Shown in pieces: positions 19,571 through 29,743 of a stretch of DNA of 64,000 nt (positions are counted from its first letter, which is position 1; every line of letters starts with the position of its first letter). The notes below the pieces were generated by a model. The model saw only the letters and a list, made by a program, of their open reading frames with translations, made no database searches and was not told the origin of the DNA. Origin of the DNA: Clostridium sp. CAG:557 (lineage in GTDB: Bacteria; Bacillota; Clostridia; Oscillospirales; Acutalibacteraceae); contig FR883868.1 of NCBI GenBank assembly GCA_000435275.1, forward strand, positions 10,665 to 74,664, read 5' to 3'. The translations under genes and the position numbers were made by a program.

Positions 19571-20110
19571 TTATTTTACATTAAAAATTCTTGTAATCAT
19601 ATTAGTATCATTTTGCTCTTGTTCGGCAGTCTGGCCTGCTTTGCAAACCCTCACCGTCACATCAGAATCATCTTGCAAAAGATATGCTTCATATACATTT
19701 TTAGTCTCGCCTGGTTTCAATTCCGTTAACATAGTCTCTATGTCATAATCTTGATTTTCCATTCCAGCCTGCAAACAAGCAGTGTTATTTTGGTATGCTT
19801 CTGCAGATAGCACATCTGCAAATCTTACTGTCTTATCTGAACCATTGTTAAAAGCATAAGTTACCAAAAGTGCTTTTTTACCTTTTTTAGAGGTAGTAAC
19901 TTCTGCATTTTCAATAGAAACCTTAAAATCGCCTATAGTTCCACTTTCTTCTTGAGTTGCCTTAGGTTCTGGCTCAACTGTGTTATCTTCTGATGAGCTC
20001 TGAGAATGTTCATTTACTGTAGTGGTTGAATTTGTTGAATTATTGGAGCCACAACCTGCAAAAGTTGATGCCATCAACACAGACAATAACAAAACCATGC
20101 CTTTTTTCAT
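19571..20110 (-). CDS. lipoprotein of unknown function
   Basis: Signal peptide with lipobox FAGC. S/T/N-rich linker followed by a beta-rich domain. Confidence 0.65.
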   Translation of the reverse strand: MKKGMVLLLSVLMASTFAGCGSNNSTNSTTTVNEHSQSSSEDNTVEPEPKATQEESGTIGDFKVSIENAEVTTSKKGKKALLVTYAFNNGSDKTVRFADVLSAEAYQNNTACLQAGMENQDYDIETMLTELKPGETKNVYEAYLLQDDSDVTVRVCKAGQTAEQEQNDTNMITRIFNVK

Positions 20111-20221
20111 AACCTAGCCTTCTTTCTCAAATTTTCATTAATTTAGATTTTATCATAATTTACAATCAAAAGCAATACCTTTATTCAACTTTGTTAAATC
20201 TATATAAATTAAGTTTTAAAA

Positions 20222-21190
20222 TTATATTGAAATCTTTAAAGCGGTATTATATAAATCTAAATCAAATTCTTTTTTTATGCAATCTTGATTTATATCACAA
20301 TCAATAATTTTTTCAGATTTCATTGCTATAATTCTCGGCAACGTTCCCTTGCAAATTATTTCTATAGCCTTGGCTCCCATTTTGCTTGCGACAACTCTAT
20401 CCCTCAGTGTTGGAGAACCACCTCTTTGCACATGACCTAAAACAGTTGTTCTTGTTTCTATTCCTGTTTCCATATAAATTTGTTCGGCTATATCATTTAT
20501 TTTGCCGATTCCTTCCGAAACTATAACTATAAAATATTTTTTTCCTTTTTTCTGAGTAACTTTTATCCTATTTATTATGTCTTTTTTGAAATCATAAAAA
20601 ACTTCAGGCACTATTATTGCCGTTGCACCCACTGATATTCCAGTTTGCAGTGCTATTTCTCCACAATTTCTCCCCATTACTTCAACTATACTGCATCTTT
20701 CATGCGACTTTGCTGTATCTCTAATTTTATCTATCATACGCATCGCAGTATTCATTGCTGTGTCGAACCCTATCGCATATTCGCTGCAATTTACGTCATT
20801 ATCAATCGTTCCCGGAATTCCAACACAAAAAACTCCCGCTTCACTAAGCTCCCTTGCACCTCTTAAGGATCCATCTCCTCCAATAATTATAAGTCCGTCA
20901 AGGCCCAATTTTTTACAATTATCTCTTGCTAAAGCAATGCCTTCTTTTGTTGCAAACTCCTTACTGCGTGCTGTATATAAAATCGTTCCTCCCAAATCTA
21001 TTATGTCTGAAACACTTCTCAAATTCATACAAATTATGTCTGAAGTCAATAATCCATTAAAACCTCGACGTACTCCAAAAATCTCCAAGCCACTTTCGAC
21101 TCCCACTCGAACTACTGCCCTTATTGCCGCATTCATTCCCGGAGCATCTCCACCACTTGTTAAAACACCTATTTTTCTCCTTCCACGCAT
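20222..21190 (-). CDS. pfkA: ATP-dependent 6-phosphofructokinase
   Basis: RKIGVLTSGGDAPGMNAAIRAVV and GGDGS motifs. ATG 21190 follows GGAGGAAC. Conserved dnaE-pfkA order. Confidence 0.93.
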   Translation of the reverse strand: MRGRRKIGVLTSGGDAPGMNAAIRAVVRVGVESGLEIFGVRRGFNGLLTSDIICMNLRSVSDIIDLGGTILYTARSKEFATKEGIALARDNCKKLGLDGLIIIGGDGSLRGARELSEAGVFCVGIPGTIDNDVNCSEYAIGFDTAMNTAMRMIDKIRDTAKSHERCSIVEVMGRNCGEIALQTGISVGATAIIVPEVFYDFKKDIINRIKVTQKKGKKYFIVIVSEGIGKINDIAEQIYMETGIETRTTVLGHVQRGGSPTLRDRVVASKMGAKAIEIICKGTLPRIIAMKSEKIIDCDINQDCIKKEFDLDLYNTALKISI

Positions 21191-21301
21191 AAAAGTTCCT
21201 CCATATATATAATGCAATTTAATTTATTATAACACATTATTTTTATCAATCAATACTAAATCATAAACTTTTTTTAACTTTTATTGCGCAAATTTTACAA
21301 T

Positions 21302-24300
21302 TTATTCTTTAATTACTACATTTCTGTCGCCTATTTTATTCTTTAACTCTCCAATAAGAACATCGTTTTTTGAAACCCACAATTTTCTCGGAGCTAAAAT
21401 TAGTCTTTTTTCATCTTCCAAAAAAATATATACTGGTGTATTACCCTCAAATATACTTAAAAGCAGCAAAGCTCTTTCATATTCAAAACAGTTTTCATTT
21501 TTTACCTTTATATAAAGGCCTGGATTTTTGACTGGTTTAGCCAATTTTTTATCTATTTTTGAATCACACATATTTGGTGGCGATATTATTTCTTCACATA
21601 TCAATTTAGGTTCTTCATCTTCTCGAACGCTTACTCTTGCATGAATCTCTACAATGTTGCCTCTCATCAACAAAAAAGAATTTTTTTCCAAAACTGAATT
21701 AAACACCATCATCTCCATCGCGCCATACATATCTTCTATGTTCACATATGCAAAAGTATTATTATTTTTAGAGGTTTTTAGTTTTACATCCGATATTATC
21801 GCTAAAATTTTTACTCTGTCACTATCTTTAAACTTAGGAAATTCTTCTTTTGAAACTGATACTATATCTCCAATTTTAGCATAATTGTTACTCGTTACCA
21901 ATTTTGAAAACTCTTTTAACGGGTGTCCTGACAAATATAAACCGGTTATTTCTTTTTCCATCTTCAGAAGTTCTTCTTGCGGAAACTCCTCTAAATTAGG
22001 AACTTCAATAGATATTTCCTTGTCACTTTGCATTGTATCAAAAAAGCCAATTTGGCCCTCCAAATTATTTTTTCTTTCTGTATGCAAACTTTCAAATATG
22101 TTATCAAGCACTTTCAGCATTTGGCGCCGATTTGCTCCCATATTGTCAAAAGCTCCGCCTTTAATTAAATTTTCAACTGCTATTTTTTTTATATCTTTAC
22201 TATACATTCTTTTACAAAAATCGTACAATGATTTAAACTTTCCATTTTCGCGCTCTTTTAAAATCTTTTCCAGTGGCGCCCTTCCTAAGCTTTTTATTGC
22301 CAAAAGTCCAAAGCGTATGTCATTTCCAGAAACCGTAAAAATATCTTCACTTTCGTTTATGCTCGGCGGCAAAACTTCTATTTTTAAATTTTTGCACTCT
22401 TCAATATACTCAACAACTTTATTAATATTGTCAAGCACACTAGTTATGAGCGAGGCCATATACTCTTTTGGATATTTACACTTTAAATATGCAGTTTGAT
22501 ACGATATTACTGCATACGCTGCAGCATGAGATTTATTGAATGCATATGAGGCAAAACTTTCCATTTCAGAATATATGCTCGATGCAACTTCCTCACTTAT
22601 ACCTCTGCGTATGCAACCGTCAACCTCAACTTTTCCAGATGCATCAACTAAACCGTGTATAAAAATTTGATGCTCTCGTTCCATAACATCTTTTTTCTTT
22701 TTAGACATAGCTCTACGAACGATATCGGCTCTTCCAAGCGAGAAACCTGCTAACTTTCTAAAAATTTGCATAACTTGTTCCTGATATACTATGCATCCGT
22801 AAGTCACATCGAGTATGTCCGACAAAAGTGGATGTTTATATTTTATTTTTTCAGGATGATGTCGATTTTCTATATACTGCGGAATTGAACTCATTGGACC
22901 TGGTCTATACAGCGAAATGACTGCTATCAGATCCTCTATACTATCTGGTTTGAGCTGCATTAATACGTTTTTCATTCCAACAGATTCATACTGAAAAACT
23001 CCCTGCGTTAAACCTTTTGACATCATAGTAAAGACTTCATTATCATACAAGTCAATGTTTTCTATCTTAAAGTCTGGTTCCACTTTATTTATCATTTTCT
23101 CAGTATCTTTTATAACTGTGAGCGTTCGCAATCCCAAAAAATCCATCTTTAAAAGACCCAATTCTTCAAGTGTGGTCATCGTAAACTGCGTAACAATTGC
23201 TTCATCATTTTTTGCAAGTGGCACGTACTCACTTACAGGCTTTTCCGTAATTACTACTCCAGCCGCATGTGTTGAGGCGTGACGTGGCATTCCTTCCAGC
23301 TTTTTCGCCATATCTATGAGTTCTTTTAATTTCGGATTTTCTTCATATTTTTTCTTTAAATCTACCGAATTTGACATTGCCTTTTCAATAGTCATGCCTA
23401 ATTCCATAGGAATTAATTTTGCAACCGAATCCACTTCCGCATAAGGAATCGCTAATGCTCGTCCAACATCACGAATTGCACCCCTTGCTGCCATTGTTCC
23501 AAAAGTTATAATCTGTGCAACGTGGTCTGCCCCATATTTTCTTATAACGTAATCTATAACTTCCTGCCGGCGAACATAACAAAAATCTATGTCAAAATCT
23601 GGCATACTAACCCGTTCTGGGTTTAAAAATCTTTCAAACAGCAAATTATATTTTATCGGATCAATTCCGGTTATACCTATGCAATACGCCGCCAAACTTC
23701 CTGCACCTGAACCTCTTCCTGGCCCAACAGCTATATCTACACTTTTTGCATACCTCACAAAATCATGCACTATGAGATAATAATCCACATACCCCATTTT
23801 TTTAATAGTTGAAAGTTCATATTCTAACCTGTCTACAAGAGTTTTAGCCGGATTTTTTCCATAATTTTTATATAATCCGTTATAGCACTGTTCTTTAAAG
23901 TACTCATAATGATCTTGATTGTTAGGAACATCAAAATGAGGCAATTTAGTTTTTCCAAATTCAAATTCAACATTACACATCTCTGCTATTTTTGCAGTAT
24001 TTTCTATTGCACCTTCGAAATTATCAAACAACGCACGCATTTCTTTTTCCGACTTTATATAAACCTGGTCTGTTCCAAAATCCATTTTGTCATCGTCTTC
24101 GATTGTATGGTTAGTTTGTATGCAAAGCAGCACCTCGTGCATACGGCTGTCTTCTTGCGTTATGTAGTGACAGTCGTTCGTTGCTACCATTGGGATGCCT
24201 GTTTCTTTTGATAACCTTGACAGCATCGGCAAAATTCTTATTTCTTCTGCAATTCCATGGTTTTGTAATTCAATATAAAAATTATTTTTGCCAAAAATAT

Positions 24301-24790
24301 CTTGATAATTTAATGCAATTTCTTTAGCAGCCTCATAGTCATTTCTATTGAGTGCTCGCGGAATTGCTCCCGCCAAGCATGCCGATAAAGCCATCAGCCC
24401 TTCACTATGCTGACGTAATAAGTCTTCATCTATGCGCGGTTTATTATAAAAACCCTCTATAAATGACTTTGAAACCATTTTTATTAAGTTTTGATATCCG
24501 ATGTTATTTTTACACAACAAAACCAAATGATAAATTTCAGAATCGTACTCCCTAACTTTGTCAAATCGACTTCTTTTGGCAACATAAACTTCGCACCCTA
24601 TAATTGGTTTTACACCCTCGCTCTTGGCTGTTTTATAAAATTCCATCACACCGTACATACTTCCATGGTCAGTGATTGCTATTGCCGATTGATTTAATTT
24701 TTTTGCCCTTTTTATCATATCTTTAATTCTGCACGCCCCATCAAGCAGGCTGTATTCACTATGGACGTGCAAATGTACAAAATTACTCAT
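21302..24790 (-). CDS. dnaE: DNA polymerase III alpha subunit (DnaE type)
   Basis: N-terminal PHP domain (HLHVHSEYSLLDG), polymerase core and OB fold. 1162 aa. Confidence 0.95.
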   Translation of the reverse strand: MSNFVHLHVHSEYSLLDGACRIKDMIKRAKKLNQSAIAITDHGSMYGVMEFYKTAKSEGVKPIIGCEVYVAKRSRFDKVREYDSEIYHLVLLCKNNIGYQNLIKMVSKSFIEGFYNKPRIDEDLLRQHSEGLMALSACLAGAIPRALNRNDYEAAKEIALNYQDIFGKNNFYIELQNHGIAEEIRILPMLSRLSKETGIPMVATNDCHYITQEDSRMHEVLLCIQTNHTIEDDDKMDFGTDQVYIKSEKEMRALFDNFEGAIENTAKIAEMCNVEFEFGKTKLPHFDVPNNQDHYEYFKEQCYNGLYKNYGKNPAKTLVDRLEYELSTIKKMGYVDYYLIVHDFVRYAKSVDIAVGPGRGSGAGSLAAYCIGITGIDPIKYNLLFERFLNPERVSMPDFDIDFCYVRRQEVIDYVIRKYGADHVAQIITFGTMAARGAIRDVGRALAIPYAEVDSVAKLIPMELGMTIEKAMSNSVDLKKKYEENPKLKELIDMAKKLEGMPRHASTHAAGVVITEKPVSEYVPLAKNDEAIVTQFTMTTLEELGLLKMDFLGLRTLTVIKDTEKMINKVEPDFKIENIDLYDNEVFTMMSKGLTQGVFQYESVGMKNVLMQLKPDSIEDLIAVISLYRPGPMSSIPQYIENRHHPEKIKYKHPLLSDILDVTYGCIVYQEQVMQIFRKLAGFSLGRADIVRRAMSKKKKDVMEREHQIFIHGLVDASGKVEVDGCIRRGISEEVASSIYSEMESFASYAFNKSHAAAYAVISYQTAYLKCKYPKEYMASLITSVLDNINKVVEYIEECKNLKIEVLPPSINESEDIFTVSGNDIRFGLLAIKSLGRAPLEKILKERENGKFKSLYDFCKRMYSKDIKKIAVENLIKGGAFDNMGANRRQMLKVLDNIFESLHTERKNNLEGQIGFFDTMQSDKEISIEVPNLEEFPQEELLKMEKEITGLYLSGHPLKEFSKLVTSNNYAKIGDIVSVSKEEFPKFKDSDRVKILAIISDVKLKTSKNNNTFAYVNIEDMYGAMEMMVFNSVLEKNSFLLMRGNIVEIHARVSVREDEEPKLICEEIISPPNMCDSKIDKKLAKPVKNPGLYIKVKNENCFEYERALLLLSIFEGNTPVYIFLEDEKRLILAPRKLWVSKNDVLIGELKNKIGDRNVVIKE

Positions 24791-24890
24791 ATAATTAATT
24801 TCCTCACAAAAATTTTCTTTTTATATTATACAACTTTTTTGTCGTAAAAAAAAGTAATTACAGATTTCAGGTATATTTGTTAAATTTAAA

Positions 24891-24919
24891 TTGACAGTGT
24901 ACATTTATTTTGATATCAT
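24891..24919 (+). promoter_or_regulatory. sigma-A promoter of the zur-znuACB operon (TTGACA-17-TATCAT)
   Basis: TTGACA 24891-24896, TG at -15 and TATCAT 24914-24919. An AT-rich imperfect palindrome lies downstream (24926-24948) and is a possible operator. Confidence 0.5.
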
Positions 24920-24965
24920 TATTTTTATTGAAAATCATTCTCATTAAGCAAAAGGATGTGAAATT

Positions 24966-25373
24966 TTGCAAGAATCTCGACATACTCGGCAACAAAAACT
25001 CATTTTAAATTGTTTAAAACAAAACTCTTCTAAGCACTTAACTATTCCAGAAATTGAAAGTCTGCTCAATCAAACTCCTAACTCTGTCGGAACCGCAACT
25101 ATATACCGACATCTTAGCAAATTGCTACAGATGAATATAGTTAGAAAATTTAAACTAGATGGGCAAAACAGTGCATGCTATCAATATGTGGAAAACCACG
25201 ATGTCTGTTGTGAACATTTTCACTTGATTTGCTCTAAATGTTCTAGGACCATTCACTTTCAAAGTGACAAATTAATTAAAATATTTGCTGAAATTAACAA
25301 AAACAACCCATTTAAAATTGACTTTCCTAAAACTATTTTTTACGGAATTTGTGATAAATGTCTAACTGAATAA
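24966..25373 (+). CDS. zur: Fur-family metalloregulator, likely zinc uptake regulator
   Basis: Fur-family winged helix plus CxxC...CxxC (CSKCSRT...CDKC). It immediately precedes a ZnuABC-type transporter. TTG start with an AAGGA RBS. Confidence 0.7.
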   Translation: MQESRHTRQQKLILNCLKQNSSKHLTIPEIESLLNQTPNSVGTATIYRHLSKLLQMNIVRKFKLDGQNSACYQYVENHDVCCEHFHLICSKCSRTIHFQSDKLIKIFAEINKNNPFKIDFPKTIFYGICDKCLTE

Positions 25374-25409
25374 TCTATATCAACATAATTTTGAAAGGCG
25401 CTGAATCTT

Positions 25410-26384
25410 TTGACTTGTTTATTTAAAAAATTTTTAAATTTTATGACTGTTGCACTGGTTGGTCCATTTTTTATTTTAAATCTTCCGGGTTGCACAAGCA
25501 GCAAATCTGAAACTTCTAAAAGCGAAAAAATTACTGTCATTGCGACTCTATTTCCACAATATGACTTTGCTAAACAAATTGCTGGTGACAAAGCCGAGGT
25601 TTCCCTACTTTTGCCACCAGGTACAGAAAGTCACACTTATGACCCAACTCCTGCTGATATTTTAAAAGTCTCCAATTCGGACATCTTCCTTTATACCGGC
25701 AAAGAAATGGAACCGTGGGCTGATAAAATAATTAATAGTGTAAAAAATAAAAATCTAATTGTTGGAAACGTTTCAACCGAAATCGATTTAATGAAACTTG
25801 AGCATCATCACCACGATGACGAACAGGACCATGAAAAAGCTAGCCATCATGAACATAATTTCGACCCACATATTTGGCTTGACCCTACTTTAGCGGCAAA
25901 AATGGTCGATAACATCACTCTAATTTTTTGCCAAAAAGATCCTCAAAACAGTGATTACTATAAAGGTAATGCAGAAATTTATAAAAATAAACTTCACGAA
26001 CTAGATGAAAACTTCAAAAATATGATAAATTCATCTAAACGAAAATCTATCGTATTCGCCGGTCGCTTTGCTCATTTATATTTTATAAATCATTATGGAC
26101 TTGAATATATTGCGGCTTTTGACGGTTGCTCTACCGAAGCTGAGCCAAGTGTTAAAAAAATTTCTAAAATTATCGACTTTATCTACAAAAATAACATCCC
26201 AGCCATATATTATGAAGAAATTTCTGAACCTAAAGTTGCTAATTCCATTGCAGAACAAACTGGTACAAAAACTTTAAAATTTAGCACACTACATAATGTT
26301 ACTAAAGAACAATTGGAGAGCAACATAACTTACATCGATTTAATGCAAGAAAATCTTGAAAATTTAAGGCAGGGATTAAACTAA
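25410..26384 (+). CDS. znuA: metal (zinc) ABC transporter substrate-binding lipoprotein with His-rich loop
   Basis: Signal peptide with lipobox LPGC. ZnuA/TroA fold. His/Asp/Glu-rich insert (HHHHDDEQDHEKASHHEH) characteristic of zinc-specific SBPs. Confidence 0.8.
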   Translation: MTCLFKKFLNFMTVALVGPFFILNLPGCTSSKSETSKSEKITVIATLFPQYDFAKQIAGDKAEVSLLLPPGTESHTYDPTPADILKVSNSDIFLYTGKEMEPWADKIINSVKNKNLIVGNVSTEIDLMKLEHHHHDDEQDHEKASHHEHNFDPHIWLDPTLAAKMVDNITLIFCQKDPQNSDYYKGNAEIYKNKLHELDENFKNMINSSKRKSIVFAGRFAHLYFINHYGLEYIAAFDGCSTEAEPSVKKISKIIDFIYKNNIPAIYYEEISEPKVANSIAEQTGTKTLKFSTLHNVTKEQLESNITYIDLMQENLENLRQGLN

Positions 26385-26387
26385 ATT

Positions 26388-27098
26388 ATGAGCATCATTG
26401 ACATTAATCACTTAAACGTTTCTTATCGAATTGGGTATAAAACTATTTTCGTTTTGAAAAATATTAATCTAAGTGTGAACTCTGGAGATTACCTTTGCAT
26501 TCTTGGCAATAATGGCTCTGGAAAAAGTACTTTGATTAAAACTATTCTTGGGTTAAATCCAATTTCTAGTGGCGAAATAAAAATTAATTGCCCAAAAAGT
26601 GACATCTCTTATTTGCCTCAAGCAAGTGGGCTTTCTTCTAATTTTCCTGCAACTGTTGAAGAAGTTGTTCTTTCTGGGACGCAAAGTACGCACAACAAAT
26701 TTAAGCTGCCATTTTATAGCAAAGAAAATAAAATTCAAGCCGAAATTGCTATGGAAAAGGCTAAAATAATCACTTTTTCTAAAAGACGGTTCGGTGAGCT
26801 TTCCGGTGGCCAAAAGCAACGTGTTCTTTTTGCACGATCTATTGTTAAAAATCCTAAAATTTTAATCTTGGACGAACCCTGCACCGGCCTTGACCACGAC
26901 ACTTCTGAAAACTTTTATGAACTGTTAAGTAAGGTAAATGCTCAAGATAAAACTACTATCATTATGGTTTCTCATGACTTATCCGCAGTAAAAAAGTTCG
27001 CTTCTAAAGTCGTTATTTTAAGCGGAGAGCTTAAATTTTGTGGTTCTGTCGCGGAGTGGGAAAAATATCATTTTTGTGCTTGTGGTGGTAATTTATGA
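26388..27098 (+). CDS. znuC: metal ABC transporter ATP-binding protein
   Basis: Walker A GNNGSGKST, signature LSGGQKQR and Walker B ILDEP. Confidence 0.85.
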   Translation: MSIIDINHLNVSYRIGYKTIFVLKNINLSVNSGDYLCILGNNGSGKSTLIKTILGLNPISSGEIKINCPKSDISYLPQASGLSSNFPATVEEVVLSGTQSTHNKFKLPFYSKENKIQAEIAMEKAKIITFSKRRFGELSGGQKQRVLFARSIVKNPKILILDEPCTGLDHDTSENFYELLSKVNAQDKTTIIMVSHDLSAVKKFASKVVILSGELKFCGSVAEWEKYHFCACGGNL

Positions 27099-27934
27099 AT
27101 TTAAATGAACTTATTAATGTACTTTCTTATCCATTTATGACTCGCGCTATCATTGTTGGCATTTTAGTTTCTCTTTGCGCGTCATTATTAGGTGTTATAC
27201 TCGTTTTAAAGCGCTATTCTCTCATCGGCCATGGCTTATCGGACGTTGGGTTTGCTTCGCTTTCTTTAGCTATGGCTATTGGAATTTCTCCAGTTTACAT
27301 CGCCACTCCAATTGTCATTATTGCGTCCTTTGTCATTATGTATGTCAGTCAAAATAAAAAAATAAATGGGGATATTGCTATTGGGATTTTTTCTACAAGT
27401 GCATTGTCTTTTGGTGTAATTATTACAGCTTTTTCAAAAGGCTTTAACATGGATGTTTACAGTTATATGTTCGGAAGCATTCTCGCTATGAGTAAAAATG
27501 ACGTCGCTATGAGTATTATTTTGTCAATTATTGTAATCTCAATATTCATTATTTTCTATAACAGACTATTTTTAATTACCTCTGATGAGGACTTTGCCAA
27601 AGCTATCGGCATTAACATTACTTTTTATCAGTTTTTAATCTCTTTTCTTACCGCGATTACAATAGTTATCGGCATGAGAATGATGGGTACGCTTTTAATT
27701 TCTAGTCTTATAATTTTTCCGGCTTTTATTGCAAAAAAATTTGTAAGAAGTTTTAAATATCTCGTAATTTTATCTGCATTTTTCTCGATCTTCTGTTTTA
27801 TTTTTGGAATTCTGATTTCGTTTCTATTTAATCTTCCAACCGGCGCCGGAATCGTTCTTGTTAATGTCGTCACTTTGATTTTCAGCTCTGTTATAAATGC
27901 TATCTTTGGTAGGTTGAATCTAGGTTCTAAGTGA
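27095..27934 (+). CDS. znuB: metal ABC transporter permease
   Basis: ABC-3 family permease with 8-9 transmembrane helices. Translationally coupled to znuC. Confidence 0.85.
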   Translation: MNLNELINVLSYPFMTRAIIVGILVSLCASLLGVILVLKRYSLIGHGLSDVGFASLSLAMAIGISPVYIATPIVIIASFVIMYVSQNKKINGDIAIGIFSTSALSFGVIITAFSKGFNMDVYSYMFGSILAMSKNDVAMSIILSIIVISIFIIFYNRLFLITSDEDFAKAIGINITFYQFLISFLTAITIVIGMRMMGTLLISSLIIFPAFIAKKFVRSFKYLVILSAFFSIFCFIFGILISFLFNLPTGAGIVLVNVVTLIFSSVINAIFGRLNLGSK

Positions 27935-27948
27935 TTTGTTTATTTTGA

Positions 27949-27977
27949 TTGAAAATATTTAATTTTTATGTTATAAT
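27949..27977 (+). promoter_or_regulatory. putative sigma-A promoter for fakA/yloV (TTGAAA-17-TATAAT)
   Basis: Hexamers read from the sequence at 27949-27954 and 27972-27977. Confidence 0.4.
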
Positions 27978-28057
27978 TAACTTTGTAATGTGTGTTGCGT
28001 TTGTAGCATTACTAATTTTACTTTTTTTAGGTACTCATACATAAAGGAGAGTTTGTT

Positions 28058-29719
28058 TTGATTAATGGAAATTGCCTTTTAAATGCTATAATTTCTGGCT
28101 CAAACAATATTGCTAAAAATAAAGATCTAGTTGATAAGCTTAATATTTTTCCTGTTCCGGATGGAGATACCGGTACTAATATGTCTATGACGATGGCTTC
28201 TGCTGTTGCTGAATTGCAAAAAGCTGAATCGGATTTACCTATTGGAAAAGTAGCTTCTATTGCTGCTTCAGCTCTCTTACGCGGCGCCAGAGGCAACTCA
28301 GGTACTATTCTTTCACTTTTGTTTCGTGGCCTTTCAAAAGGTCTTTGTGACCTTGAAAATGCTACCGGACGTGATTTAGTTAACGCACTTTCTCTCGGTG
28401 TCGATGCAGCTTACAAGGCTGTTATGAAACCTGCTGAGGGAACTATGCTGACCGTTGCCAGAGTCGCTTATGAAACCGGAAAAATTGCATCAAACATAAG
28501 TGATGATGCTGTTTACGTTTGGGAAGGAATCTGCAAAGGTGCCAGCGAAGCTCTTGCTACTACGCCGGAACTTTTGCCTGTTTTAAAAAAAGCTGGTGTT
28601 GTCGATGCTGGCGGCAAGGGGGTTTGCTTAATTTTTGAGGGAATGATGTCTGTGTTTAGAGATGGAACCATTATCGAAAACAATAATTCACCTGAAAGCA
28701 CTGCTTCTGAAATTTTTGACAACGAATTTAACTCGGTAATAAGCAAATTTGATGAGGAAATTAATTTTACTTATTGTACAGAATTTATTGTTGGTCGCGA
28801 TAAGAATATTCTAACCCCACCAGAAAATTTACGCGCTTATTTAGAAACTATCGGAGATTGCGTCGTTGTCGTTGACGATGAAGAAATTATCAAAGTTCAT
28901 GTCCACACTGATAACCCCGGGCTGGCGCTACAGGAAGCTCTTAATTTCGGCCAACTTTTAAAAGTTAAAGTGGAAAATATGCGCGAACAAAATAAAACTG
29001 CTAAAGGTGAACAAATTGCTTCTAAGAAAACCAAATTAGAACCTGTCGAGCCCATTGAAGAAATCGGATTTGTTGCTGTTGCAGCCGGCGAAGGCATTAA
29101 AACTCTATTTAACGATTTGGGTAGCTTAAATGTTGTTGGTGGCGGCCAAACAATGAATCCTAGTGTTGAAAATATTTTGGAGGCTGTTTTGGCCACTCCG
29201 GCTAAAAACGTTTTCGTACTGCCAAATAATAAAAATATTATTCTTGCTGCCGAACAAGCTATTCCTTTGGCAACGGATAGAAAAATTATCGTTTTGCCAA
29301 CACGAACCATACCTCAAGGACTGGCTGCTATGTTGGCTTTCAATCCTGATTTTGGTGTGATGGAAAATTTCAAATTAATGGATGAAGCTATCTCTCATGT
29401 AAAGTCTGGGCAGATTACTTTTGCTGCTAGAGACTCTGAATACGGTGGATTTAAAATAAAGAAAAATGATATTTTAGCTTTTTCAAGCGGAAAATTAATT
29501 CACAAAGCAAAAGACCCTGTTAAATCTGTCGTTAAGCTGATAAATTCACTGGTTGACAAAAACACCGCTTTTATAACCATTATTTACGGGCATGAAATCA
29601 CTGAAGAACAAGCTGATTTTGCATTCAAACAAATTCAATCAAAAGTCGGTTCTCACGTCGATATAACCTTAATAAATGGCCAACAACCGCTTGATTATTT
29701 TATCGTGTCTGTAGAATAA
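28058..29719 (+). CDS. fakA: DAK2-domain fatty acid kinase FakA (YloV family)
   Basis: N-terminal DAK2 motif FPVPDGDTGTNM and a C-terminal DegV-binding region. TTG start 7 nt after AAGGAGA. Precedes recG as in Bacillus (yloV-...-recG). Confidence 0.85.
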   Translation: MINGNCLLNAIISGSNNIAKNKDLVDKLNIFPVPDGDTGTNMSMTMASAVAELQKAESDLPIGKVASIAASALLRGARGNSGTILSLLFRGLSKGLCDLENATGRDLVNALSLGVDAAYKAVMKPAEGTMLTVARVAYETGKIASNISDDAVYVWEGICKGASEALATTPELLPVLKKAGVVDAGGKGVCLIFEGMMSVFRDGTIIENNNSPESTASEIFDNEFNSVISKFDEEINFTYCTEFIVGRDKNILTPPENLRAYLETIGDCVVVVDDEEIIKVHVHTDNPGLALQEALNFGQLLKVKVENMREQNKTAKGEQIASKKTKLEPVEPIEEIGFVAVAAGEGIKTLFNDLGSLNVVGGGQTMNPSVENILEAVLATPAKNVFVLPNNKNIILAAEQAIPLATDRKIIVLPTRTIPQGLAAMLAFNPDFGVMENFKLMDEAISHVKSGQITFAARDSEYGGFKIKKNDILAFSSGKLIHKAKDPVKSVVKLINSLVDKNTAFITIIYGHEITEEQADFAFKQIQSKVGSHVDITLINGQQPLDYFIVSVE

Positions 29720-29743
29720 ATTCCCCCTGGAGGTGCCGCAATT

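Noticed and set aside
21885-22499. 204-aa plus-strand ORF inside dnaE (similar nested ORFs at 248-457, 20760-21212, 47348-47650, 44678-45034, 32445-32843)
   Set aside because: They are antisense to, and fully contained within, long well-supported genes. The products are low-complexity with no motifs and typical AT-rich antisense frames.
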